NCBI GenBank assembly: GCA_963702025.1
Contig: OY969699.1
Coordinates: 192,001-256,000 of the forward strand
Reading direction: 5' to 3'
DNA length: 64,000 bases
From: an uncultured bacterium
Lineage (GTDB): Bacteria > Babelota > Babeliae > Babelales > Vermiphilaceae
A model generated the notes under the pieces. That model was not told the DNA's origin, did not search any database, and saw nothing but the letters and a program-made list of their open reading frames with translations. Of this stretch, positions 21,401 to 29,602 are shown piece by piece (the first letter of the stretch is position 1; every line of letters begins with the position of its first letter). The translations under genes were made by a program, and so were the position numbers.

Positions 21401-22006
21401 GCAAACATTTAAATTACCTTGGATCCCAACCCCGCCTTTTACCGTAAGCGCACCCGAGCCGCAATCTGAGCTGTCAGTTGTATTGTTAATAACCACTTTC
21501 CCGTTAAAAATGCCATTTTGGGTAACCTGCTGGCTTTGAGCGCAGACATCATTAAACCCAATAAGAATTCCCTGATTTTGAACCCCGGCGCCGGAGCATG
21601 GGCTGGGCACCGCGCGCTCAACAGTGGTAACCGGCGCTTCATCCAGATCTTTTTTTATTTTTTGCAGATAATGCGCAATTAATTCACCATCGGCAGATGC
21701 ACCATTTTGCATGAGGTTATTGGCAAGTTGCTCAAGTTGCTTCAGACCAATGCGAAGCTCATCTTGGCAAGCAATCATCTCACCTTTTTCAATCTGCTCA
21801 ACAAGAGCTAGAAAAGCCGGAACCGATTCAGCTTTCGCTTCTACTTTACTCTTTAAAAGAAAAAGCCGTTTAGCTACTTTCCGTGGTAATTCGAGTGCCG
21901 GCACCTGCTCCTTGATCATATGATCAGCAGACAATGCCGCATGATGAAAAACAAGAAAGGAGAATAATAAAAAAGTAAGATTTAATCTTGTTTTAAAAAA
22001 CTTCAT
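18470..22006 (-). CDS. Large secreted fibre/adhesin-like protein (Cys-bearing 34-aa repeats, YadA-head-like repeats, C-terminal coiled coil)
   Basis: Signal peptide; 6x34-aa GALVVxGGVGIG repeats; NTAxG repeats; 14x14-aa GxGxIxIG repeats; no C-terminal beta-barrel. Confidence 0.8.
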   Translation of the reverse strand: MKFFKTRLNLTFLLFSFLVFHHAALSADHMIKEQVPALELPRKVAKRLFLLKSKVEAKAESVPAFLALVEQIEKGEMIACQDELRIGLKQLEQLANNLMQNGASADGELIAHYLQKIKKDLDEAPVTTVERAVPSPCSGAGVQNQGILIGFNDVCAQSQQVTQNGIFNGKVVINNTTDSSDCGSGALTVKGGVGIQGNLNVCGTEHINNLTPSIDCQHGALVVGGGVGIGQDLNVCGGITVGSTQQSNDCGSGALVVAGGLGIGGDLNVCGTTHIFSTASDSTCSGGALIVDGSVGIASGANICGMVNIFDTAQSTACTNGALVVAGGEGIGGNLNICGKEHIFNTTDSSACNNGALVVDGGVGIGKDLYVCGGISAQGPIITYSYFSINGNPVVSTNLANCNLSVGDNTNPVANGTSNTAIGEGAMQNNQTGTNDTALGCSSMNQMTSGDGNTALGAFTLYSVDPASENTAVGWQALYTNQVDENLAVGSYALQASDFGTELTAVGTHSMENLQTISIAPSNPIIPTQHLYAHSNTALGTDTMQYSTFSYENIAVGVNALQGPGQLTGNLCYTFSLPHIPISYKVCFSDIYPFIFPGHSIPSFTVPYFPFQYGNISIGNSSLQRPIFCYENVAIGNNTLKNHYFSFDNVTHGNNTMSGAYSYYNYSNTVIGNDAMNNKYLNLSSGNTTCGASALSGMYYGKDNVAVGDSAIRNTVFAYNCTAVGVETLGGNKTVSLSHLNPMYDNTAVGWHAMEESYGNYNVAVGSMAMATNVEGYFNTAVGFSAIYYSADELLTAIGAKCEAVGVACTLVGYNTYATGEGAITIGSEAVTDGLQSIAIGQAVDCNGVGSICIGGEAEVAAVASICIGHAGTTDGAGSIAIGDAIGVVGAGTIGMGAAAAVDGAGAVGIGNAMGIVGAGTVGIGDGIDIFGVGLVCIGNAADTVGAGAIAIGNGASSDGLGGIAIGDAAVSDGAGGIAIGADCSSNGLGNVTIGDTSLSFGVNAISIGTVSESFGSDVTLGSFVNETGCFIHGLLPGFDPFTIVSYTPVLGAVVYGPCAACAVAPPPRVRSLAIDSLDDQFTRNQSEKLMELKSVFYRSQFGERDLKAMLMPPDDPAEFCPELLSMIDGKLSNYLQLDKAFIALLNQVQQHNQLIKDQQMLITALQNEVNELREKNI
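18962..19549 (-). repeat. 14 tandem 14-aa YadA-head-like repeats (protein level)
   Basis: GEGAITIGSEAVTD through GVNAISIGTVSESF with strict 42-nt periodicity. Confidence 0.8.
20876..21487 (-). repeat. 6 tandem 34-aa repeats, each with two invariant Cys
   Basis: e.g. NNTTDSSDCGSGALTVKGGVGIQGNLNVCGTEHI; Cys at positions 9 and 29 in all six. Confidence 0.85.
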
Positions 22007-22174
22007 TATTAAATCCTTTTAAAAATTTTATATTAAATATCTCAATCCAAACTAATAAAAAAAAATCCACCAAGTCAACGGTAAAAAAATTGTTTGCATC
22101 CTTGCATTTTCAATTCAATTTGAGTAATGCTCTTTTTAAGAGAGTATGATTACAATTAAAGTGAAAGGAGCATT

Positions 22175-23830
22175 GTGAAGACACTACATTATTATGTTAT
22201 TATTTGTCTTTTTTTAGCCTTATCGGGCCATACAATTACACAAACACAAACAAAATTACAGGCGGCAAATCTTAGTGCAGCAACCATAACAAGAGCCTGT
22301 CCGGCGGTTGGCTGCATACCATCGTTAACATGTGTATCAAGTTCAAGCTCATTCACCGGACCCTGCGCAAATTTTGACTGCATCACTACCATAAATTTAA
22401 CGATCGGCGGCATCTTAACAGCAGCCTGCGAACAAATTACCGGAAATCTTACGGTGGGCGGTAGCACTCTCATAGAAGGAAGCCTTGTTGTTGAGAGCAA
22501 TAGCGATTTCAAGGGCAATGTCTGCGTCGAAGGTAATTTGAATGTTTCAGGTGATGAAACGGTGGGCGGCAATGAGAATCTAGCAGGAAGTTTAACCGTA
22601 AATAATGGTGCAATTATTAACGGCGGCTTGACCGTAAACGGTGATGAAACCATTACCGGTTCAGTAACCGTTAGTGGCAATCAAACAATTAACCAAAACC
22701 TTCTTGTACAAGGTCTGGGTACCATCAACGGTCTTACCACCGCAAATGGCGGGTTGGTTGTCTTTAATGGTGAAACGATCAACAATGGCGGATTAAATGT
22801 TTTAAACGGCGGGGCAAGCATCACCGGCGATGTCACTGTTACGGGTAGTGAAACCGTGGATAATTTAGAGGTTCTTGGTAATTTAACCGTTGATGAAACT
22901 GGTTTTTTAAACGGGTGCAGCACCACGGTAAACGGCACATTTACCGCAAACGGCCCGGTAGTAATGAATCAAGGATTAACAATCGCCTCGGGAGATGAAA
23001 CCATAAATACCGGTAACTTAACACTCAATAGCGGCAATTTAACAGTTGGTGGATTCTCAACATTCAATAATCCGGTCACTGCAAATAGCGGCGCAACTAT
23101 TAATGGTGGACTCACCGTATTTGGCGGCGAAACAATCGCTACGGGTAATCTCACCATTGCCAACTGTAATAATAGTGTTACCATAGGCGGAAGCCTGAGC
23201 GTAGCAGGCTCTATCACCAGCCCTTCAGAGGCAACAATGGGCAGTTTAACGCTCACCAATACTACCAATAGCACAAGCCCTACCACCGGCACACTTATTG
23301 TGAACGGTGGCGTTGGAATAGGGGAAGATCTCTGGATTGGCGGCAGCGAATATTTTGCTAACGTAACCACCCAAGGCGGCACACCCAGCCCATTTAATTA
23401 TTACGAAGAAACATGCTTTACTACACGATTCATTGCGGGTGTCGCATCAGCCACGGTAACCATTGGCATCGTTCGCATCGGTAGCATAGTTAATTTACTT
23501 ATTCCTGCATTTACGATGAGTAACACGCAGGCTTGTGCGGTTATTTCTACCGCCGGCTTCGGCGGTGGGCCCACATTACCTGCTCGCTTTATTCCCTGCT
23601 TGGCCCGCGGCGCATCATCAACCATTATTTATAATAGTGGCTCTGTAACAGTTGGTCAATTAGGCGAATGGGAGGTGGACTCGATGGGGAACATAACATT
23701 TGGCCTCCCCGCTAGCACCTGCATGATCCCTCCTGCATTGGGACCACAGCCTTTTGCCTCAACTGTGCCGGTCCAAGTGGATGCGACAACAATTACCTAT
23801 AATGTTCTTGGCTGCTCGTGCTCCAATTAA
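22175..23830 (+). CDS. Secreted Gly/Thr/Asn-rich beta-helical fibre-like protein
   Basis: Signal peptide, Cys-rich N-terminus, GxLTVxG/GDET repeats, C-terminal YYEET...VRIG...LPARF domain; GTG start after AAGGAG. Confidence 0.8.
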   Translation: MKTLHYYVIICLFLALSGHTITQTQTKLQAANLSAATITRACPAVGCIPSLTCVSSSSSFTGPCANFDCITTINLTIGGILTAACEQITGNLTVGGSTLIEGSLVVESNSDFKGNVCVEGNLNVSGDETVGGNENLAGSLTVNNGAIINGGLTVNGDETITGSVTVSGNQTINQNLLVQGLGTINGLTTANGGLVVFNGETINNGGLNVLNGGASITGDVTVTGSETVDNLEVLGNLTVDETGFLNGCSTTVNGTFTANGPVVMNQGLTIASGDETINTGNLTLNSGNLTVGGFSTFNNPVTANSGATINGGLTVFGGETIATGNLTIANCNNSVTIGGSLSVAGSITSPSEATMGSLTLTNTTNSTSPTTGTLIVNGGVGIGEDLWIGGSEYFANVTTQGGTPSPFNYYEETCFTTRFIAGVASATVTIGIVRIGSIVNLLIPAFTMSNTQACAVISTAGFGGGPTLPARFIPCLARGASSTIIYNSGSVTVGQLGEWEVDSMGNITFGLPASTCMIPPALGPQPFASTVPVQVDATTITYNVLGCSCSN

Positions 23831-23846
23831 TTACTAAGGAGAGTAT

Positions 23847-25544
23847 ATGAAAATTGTAACTTATATCGCAAGCACACTGCTCTTCTTTGGTGGTACAATT
23901 ATCACTACTACCGGGTATGCCAGTGCCAGAAATAACAGTTGCGCACATCCGGGCCCAATCAGTATGCGCTCATGTCCGATTTGCCCTAATTTTCTGTGTA
24001 CCGGCCCAACCTCGTGCTCCGGCATTACCGGCTGCACGGGAATGACCGGCACTACAGGAAATACTGGCTGCACCGGACCATGCACAGCACAAATATGTAA
24101 CTGCATAGATGTTATCGGGAACGTAACGGTTAATACTCAGTTGCTCGTTAACACCCAAATTATCAACAACAATTTGATCATCGATCAAAATGCTGATTTT
24201 AAAGGCAATTTTGTGGTTGTGGGAAGAGCAAACTTAACCGGCATAGTCTGCGTAGAACAAGATATCGGCGTGGGTAATAATCTCGTTATTGGAGAAAATG
24301 GTGTTGTTCTTGGCACCATGACTGTTGGTGAGGGTACCTTTATAACCGGCCCATTACAAGAGATAGGAACGGTACAAATTAACGGCAATGCATCAATTGG
24401 CGGTGATGAAACAGTAGGCGGCAATCTTTTAGTTCTTGGCACTGCTACTTTTAATGATGTGCTTACTGCTAATAATGGGCTCACCGTCAATCAAGGAGAA
24501 ACCATCAATAGTGGTGGGTTAACTATTTTGGCAGATGGTGCTTCCATAACCAGTAACCTTTGCATTAACGGTGATGAAACCGTAACAGGAGATTTTACCA
24601 CCAATACAGTAACCGTTGATGGAAATACAACTTTTAATAATTTAATTTCCGGAACCGGCACACTCACTGCCAATGGCCCTGTTGTTTTTAATGAGGGATT
24701 AGTAATAGCATCGGGCAATGAAATTATTAAGGCCGGCAACTTGATTCTTACTGAAGGTAACCTTACTGTTGGCGGCAGCACCACATTGCAAAGCAAGGCG
24801 ACCATGAATGCCGGCGCAGTAATTAGTGGCGGCTTAACCGTTAACGGTGGCGAACAAATTTCTCAAGGCGGGCTGGATATTACCAGCGGCAGCCTTATCA
24901 TTAGTGGGAATCTTTTTGTGAGCGGCGCAATAACCGGAGCTAGTGCAGGCACTCTTGATAGCCTCACCCTCACTGACACTATAAATAGCACCGGGCCGGC
25001 CAGTGGAACACTTGTTGTTGATGGCGGCGTGGGGGTTGCTCGTGATATTTGGGAAGGTGGATCCGAATACCTTCAAACTGCCAGTGGCGTGGCTAGTCCC
25101 TTGGACTTTTACGAAGAAACCACTTTTTCTACCGGCTTTATCTGGGGGGGCGTTACGGTTGCCCCATCATTGAGCCTGCTGTTAAGAATTGTGCGCGCCG
25201 GGGATCTGGTAAACATAATGATTCCTAATATTATTATTAACAATGCCGGAACTCATATTGATGTGATAAGCTCAGCAACGCCATTACCAACCAGATTTAG
25301 ACCATTTGTTACCGTTCGGGGCCCTGCTTCAACAATAATATACAATACTTCAGTCACCGGACCACTGGTCGGCGTGCTCGGTGAATTTAACGTGTCGCCG
25401 GCAGGAACCATAACACTCGGGTTACCCGGAACCGCTATCGGTCCTCAAACAATACCATCAAGCGGCGGCGTGCAAGCTGACTATAACACCATAACTTATA
25501 CTTTGATTAGCGGATGCAATAATCATATCTGTCCGACAACGTAG
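23847..25544 (+). CDS. Paralogous secreted fibre-like protein with a short Gly-X-Thr collagen-like stretch
   Basis: Collinear with 22175-23830 (TANGPVV, FYEET, VRAG, LPTRF); GIT-GCT-GMT-GTT-GNT-GCT-GPC. Confidence 0.8.
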   Translation: MKIVTYIASTLLFFGGTIITTTGYASARNNSCAHPGPISMRSCPICPNFLCTGPTSCSGITGCTGMTGTTGNTGCTGPCTAQICNCIDVIGNVTVNTQLLVNTQIINNNLIIDQNADFKGNFVVVGRANLTGIVCVEQDIGVGNNLVIGENGVVLGTMTVGEGTFITGPLQEIGTVQINGNASIGGDETVGGNLLVLGTATFNDVLTANNGLTVNQGETINSGGLTILADGASITSNLCINGDETVTGDFTTNTVTVDGNTTFNNLISGTGTLTANGPVVFNEGLVIASGNEIIKAGNLILTEGNLTVGGSTTLQSKATMNAGAVISGGLTVNGGEQISQGGLDITSGSLIISGNLFVSGAITGASAGTLDSLTLTDTINSTGPASGTLVVDGGVGVARDIWEGGSEYLQTASGVASPLDFYEETTFSTGFIWGGVTVAPSLSLLLRIVRAGDLVNIMIPNIIINNAGTHIDVISSATPLPTRFRPFVTVRGPASTIIYNTSVTGPLVGVLGEFNVSPAGTITLGLPGTAIGPQTIPSSGGVQADYNTITYTLISGCNNHICPTT

Positions 25545-25557
25545 CAGTTGCAATTTT

Positions 25558-25607
25558 AAGAGATGCCACATAGTTGGATTCCTTTCAATTATGTGGTATC
25601 TCTTTTT
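25558..25607 (+). terminator. Intrinsic terminator after the fibre-gene pair
   Basis: Long stem aagagatgccacatagttg/caattatgtggtatctctt followed by a T-run. Confidence 0.75.
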
Positions 25608-25653
25608 GTGAACTCGATCTAAGAAATTCAAAAAACTGGGAAAAAAGGAACTC

Positions 25654-26736
25654 ATGAACCGTACTCTTTTTTTGTATCCGCTACTGTTGTATTGCATTAG
25701 TAGTAATGCGGATTACTTTACCGATAAATTCTCTCAACCCTGCCCCATCCCCAAAAAAAATATTGAAAAAAAAGAAAAGAAAATTGACTGGCATGCGCTC
25801 TTGCCCACCGTCGATGAAAAAAATCCGGATCTTACCTTCAAAATCAGCCGCAAAAATAATTGTTTTGAGCCAACTTTTTTACAAATGATTGAAGAGACAT
25901 TTTGTGTGCCGGATTGCATTGAAATGGCAACCTTTAGCGGGCAAACAACCACACACTTAAAGACAATCTTTAAAGAAGTACATAGTATTGAAATGCGGAA
26001 AACCTTTTACGAGCAAGCTAAAAAAAAATTTAATCCGGAAAAAAATATTTTTCTTTACCAAGGCAGCCCTTTGGAACATTTACCCGCCATACTTAAAAAA
26101 TTACCTAAGGAAAACCTTATTCTCTTTAACACACAATACAACACAAGCACTATTATTTCACCTAAAAATCTTATTCTTAAAGAGCTTGATTTAATAAAAA
26201 AAGCAGGCTCCTTACCAATACTTATCTTTGATGACATGCGATTATTTTACGCGCAAAAAAATAAAAATCCGAACTTGCTTTACCCATCAATTGAAGAAAT
26301 TATAGGGGTAATATCCCAGATGGACAGCCCTTATCAGATTGCTCTGATCTACGACGCATTAATTGCTTTTCCCGCGCAGTATGAGATCACTGTTACACCG
26401 GTGGTACATGCAGCTACTCTTAGCAGAATCTATTCCGGTTCAAATTTTACCGATGAAGAATTACTTATTGCGGAGCTATGCATTGCCCAAGCCAAAGAAG
26501 ATGAAAAAACTGCCTTATGCCATTTGGGCCAAACATGGATCGAATCATGGACAAAGCAATTGGGATTCGCTCAGCATATACCACTCTGGTTTGGACTCAT
26601 TATGCTTGCCCACGACCAATTTCCAACAGCAGCTGCGTATTTAAAAGAAGCAAAAGATCGCGGATTAACGCATTGGCGGATCGACTGGTATTTGGCGATG
26701 GCAGAATGCAACTGTTTTTTTAATATTAAGGAATAA
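25654..26736 (+). CDS. Exported methyltransferase-fold-like protein with a helical (TPR-like) C-terminus
   Basis: Signal peptide; degenerate class-I SAM-like motifs IEMATFSG/VHSIE/LIFDD. Confidence 0.5.
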   Translation: MNRTLFLYPLLLYCISSNADYFTDKFSQPCPIPKKNIEKKEKKIDWHALLPTVDEKNPDLTFKISRKNNCFEPTFLQMIEETFCVPDCIEMATFSGQTTTHLKTIFKEVHSIEMRKTFYEQAKKKFNPEKNIFLYQGSPLEHLPAILKKLPKENLILFNTQYNTSTIISPKNLILKELDLIKKAGSLPILIFDDMRLFYAQKNKNPNLLYPSIEEIIGVISQMDSPYQIALIYDALIAFPAQYEITVTPVVHAATLSRIYSGSNFTDEELLIAELCIAQAKEDEKTALCHLGQTWIESWTKQLGFAQHIPLWFGLIMLAHDQFPTAAAYLKEAKDRGLTHWRIDWYLAMAECNCFFNIKE

Positions 26737-26750
26737 TATTATTGTGCATT

Positions 26751-27302
26751 TCATTTTTCCGGAATAAAAAAATATTTCCTGTAATGCGCAAGCTCTTTTA
26801 TCGAACCGCGAACATCTTCCAGAGCGCGATGATTGTCCGGCTTTTCAAATTTAAGAAATTGGCTTTTTGGATACCATCGGATGGCCAACTCTTTGACCGA
26901 ACTGACATCAATCAAGCGATAATGTAAATAATCGGTAATGCGCGGCATGTATTTGCGCAAAAAGGCACGATCTTGCCACACGGAATTACCGCAAAGCACC
27001 CCGTCACGCAACGGGCAATACTCTTTAATAAAATCAAGCGTTTCTTCTTGCGCAACGGCAACGGTCATAGATGATTTGGTAACCGCGTCTATTAAGCCAG
27101 TTTTAGTGTGTTGATTACGCACCCAGCTATCCATTAAATCAAGCGCCGCTTGCGGCTGGTGTATAATTAATGCAGGCCCTTCTGCAATTATGTTAAGTTC
27201 ATTATCGGTAATAATTGTGGCAATTTCTAAAATGACATCAATATCCACGTTTAACCCGGTCATTTCCAAGTCCATCCACACCAAATGTTCTTTTTTATTC
27301 AT
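26751..27302 (-). CDS. orn: Oligoribonuclease
   Basis: WMDLEMTGL, GNSVWQDR, HYRLIDVSS, HRALED. Confidence 0.96.
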   Translation of the reverse strand: MNKKEHLVWMDLEMTGLNVDIDVILEIATIITDNELNIIAEGPALIIHQPQAALDLMDSWVRNQHTKTGLIDAVTKSSMTVAVAQEETLDFIKEYCPLRDGVLCGNSVWQDRAFLRKYMPRITDYLHYRLIDVSSVKELAIRWYPKSQFLKFEKPDNHRALEDVRGSIKELAHYRKYFFIPEK

Positions 27303-27382
27303 AAACTCCTAAAAAAATTAATATACTATAGTATTATTATTACATTAATTATTAGTTTTCACCTCAAAAAGAATCAATATTT

Positions 27383-29602
27383 ATGACAAAACTTCGCGTT
27401 GGCGTTTTAATGGGCGGTAAATCTATTGAGCGGGAAGTGTCTTTTAACTCAGGGCGCACCATTTGTGATCACCTTGATACCCAACGGTACACCATTATCC
27501 CGTTATTTCAGACAATCTCCAACCGGTTATTTATTCTTCCGTGGCATTTTTTGCATCGGGGAAAAATTAGTGATTTTGAGCAACGGCTCACTATCCAAGC
27601 GCAAGAAATAATCTGGGATGATTTAAAAAATCATATTGATTTTGCCTATATCGCAATGCATGGCAAATATGCCGAAGACGGCACCATGCAGGGAATTTGT
27701 GAAGTTTTTGGCATTCCTTACATCGGCTCAAAAGTGTTGGGTAGCGCACTCAGCATGGACAAAATAATGCAAAAAAAATTTTTGAATGCCAATAACATTG
27801 CCACAGCACGCGATATTGTAGTTACCCCGGATCAAATTACTCATTTTACCGCACATGCTGCTAAAATAATGCAACAAATGCAAGAAAAAAATATTGAATT
27901 CCCCTGCATTGTAAAGCCTTATAAAGAAGGATCCAGCTTGGGAGTCAGCGTTGCGCGTACACATGACGAACTTGAACACGCACTCATTAGTGCCTGCTTT
28001 ATTGATAAAAAAAATCCTCAATCGGTGCTGGTTGAAGAAAAAATAATCGGCATGGAGTTCACCTGCATAACCATCACCGATTATAAAACCAACACCATTA
28101 TTGCCTTGCCACCTACTGAACTGGTTGCCGATGCATCGGTTGAATTTTTTGATTATGAACAAAAATATATGCCCGGCAGAGCAACGGAATTTACACCGGC
28201 TCGCTGCAGCGAACAAATTCTTGAAAAAATAAAAAAAACCTGCATCAAGGTTATGCGTGCTCTTAATCTTACCAATATGTCTCGCATTGATGGATTTGTT
28301 AAGCAAGACGGCACAATTGTGATTATAGACCCTAACTCATTTTCCGGCGCTGCACCCAGCAGCTTTTTATTTCGAGAAGCAGCATTTTATGGCATGAGCC
28401 ACACGCAGCTGATTAACCATCTTATTGAAACAGAGCTTGAATCATACGGCATGTTGCAATCCATTCTTGACCAAGAACAAAAAGAGGCGACCATTATGCA
28501 AACTAAAAAAATTCGGGTTGGTATTTTAATGGGCGGCCCATCCAATGAGCGTGAAATATCTCTTGAATCCGGAAGAAATGTTACTTACAAACTTTCACCC
28601 CATAAGTATGAAGCATTACCTATCTTTGTAAGCAGTAGCATGGAACTCTTTCCGCTTTCCCATCAACAATTGGTACTCAATTCTACGCAAGAAATCTCAC
28701 AATCCCTTGATTCAAAAAATAAAATCACATGGCATGATTTATCACAATTAGTTGATTTTGTATTTATCGCTCTCCATGGTGGCCCGGGAGAGAATGGTGC
28801 GGTGCAAGGAACATTGGAAATGTTAGGGATTCCTTATAATGGTTCAAGTGTACTTGCAAGCGCCTTATGCATGGACAAATATAAAACGAATGAGTTTTTG
28901 CATTCACAAGGATTTGATGTCCCACGTAATATGTTGCTTGATAAACAAACATGGCTCAATGACAAACAATCTGTCATGGCAAATATTCTTGACACCTTAC
29001 CACTCCCATTGATCATAAAACCTCATGATGATGGATGCAGTGTAATGGTACAAAAAATAAAAAAATCAGCAAATCTGGAACCGGCCATCAACCTGATTTT
29101 TTCACACGGTAAAGAGTATGCACTTATCGAAGAGTGCATAATGGGTATGGAACTTACCGTCGGCATTATTGGCAACGATAGCCCCCGTGCGCTACCACCA
29201 TCACAAGCAGTGTGCAATGCAGATATACTATCCATCGAAGAAAAATTTTTACCGGGCGCCGGCGAAAATCAAACACCCGCACCATTACCCAAAGATAGTT
29301 TGTATTTTGTGCAAAAGATCATGGAAGCAGTTTACGTGGCAGTTGGCTGCAAAGGCTACGCACGAATTGATTGCTTTTATCAATCGGCCGACCAAAGTCC
29401 AACGGGAAAAGAACGGGTGATTATCCTAGAAATTAACACCTTGCCGGGGATAACTCCCGCCACCTGCATTTTTCATCAGGCGGCGGAGGTAAATATAAAG
29501 CCAATGGATTTTATTGATTTGATTGTAACACTCGGTTTGGAAAACCATCGATCGTCCGCAGATCTTCAGCAACCGATACAACAGCCTTCTGCTTTTGTGT
29601 GA
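27383..29602 (+). CDS. ddl: Tandem double-domain D-alanine--D-alanine ligase family protein
   Basis: Two complete ATP-grasp Ddl modules, each with MGGxSxERExS, HG, MDK, KP and RID; the second starts at M372. Confidence 0.88.
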   Translation: MTKLRVGVLMGGKSIEREVSFNSGRTICDHLDTQRYTIIPLFQTISNRLFILPWHFLHRGKISDFEQRLTIQAQEIIWDDLKNHIDFAYIAMHGKYAEDGTMQGICEVFGIPYIGSKVLGSALSMDKIMQKKFLNANNIATARDIVVTPDQITHFTAHAAKIMQQMQEKNIEFPCIVKPYKEGSSLGVSVARTHDELEHALISACFIDKKNPQSVLVEEKIIGMEFTCITITDYKTNTIIALPPTELVADASVEFFDYEQKYMPGRATEFTPARCSEQILEKIKKTCIKVMRALNLTNMSRIDGFVKQDGTIVIIDPNSFSGAAPSSFLFREAAFYGMSHTQLINHLIETELESYGMLQSILDQEQKEATIMQTKKIRVGILMGGPSNEREISLESGRNVTYKLSPHKYEALPIFVSSSMELFPLSHQQLVLNSTQEISQSLDSKNKITWHDLSQLVDFVFIALHGGPGENGAVQGTLEMLGIPYNGSSVLASALCMDKYKTNEFLHSQGFDVPRNMLLDKQTWLNDKQSVMANILDTLPLPLIIKPHDDGCSVMVQKIKKSANLEPAINLIFSHGKEYALIEECIMGMELTVGIIGNDSPRALPPSQAVCNADILSIEEKFLPGAGENQTPAPLPKDSLYFVQKIMEAVYVAVGCKGYARIDCFYQSADQSPTGKERVIILEINTLPGITPATCIFHQAAEVNIKPMDFIDLIVTLGLENHRSSADLQQPIQQPSAFV

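Noticed and set aside
18948..25076. Long antisense ORFs (e.g. 18948-19559, 20907-21275, 22192-22680, 22969-23382)
   Set aside because: Shadow frames of Gly/Thr/Val-rich repetitive genes; no RBS or independent protein features
25530..25544. C-terminal CPTT as a second CaaX box
   Set aside because: Middle residues are not aliphatic, there is no polybasic tract, and the protein is Cys-rich throughout
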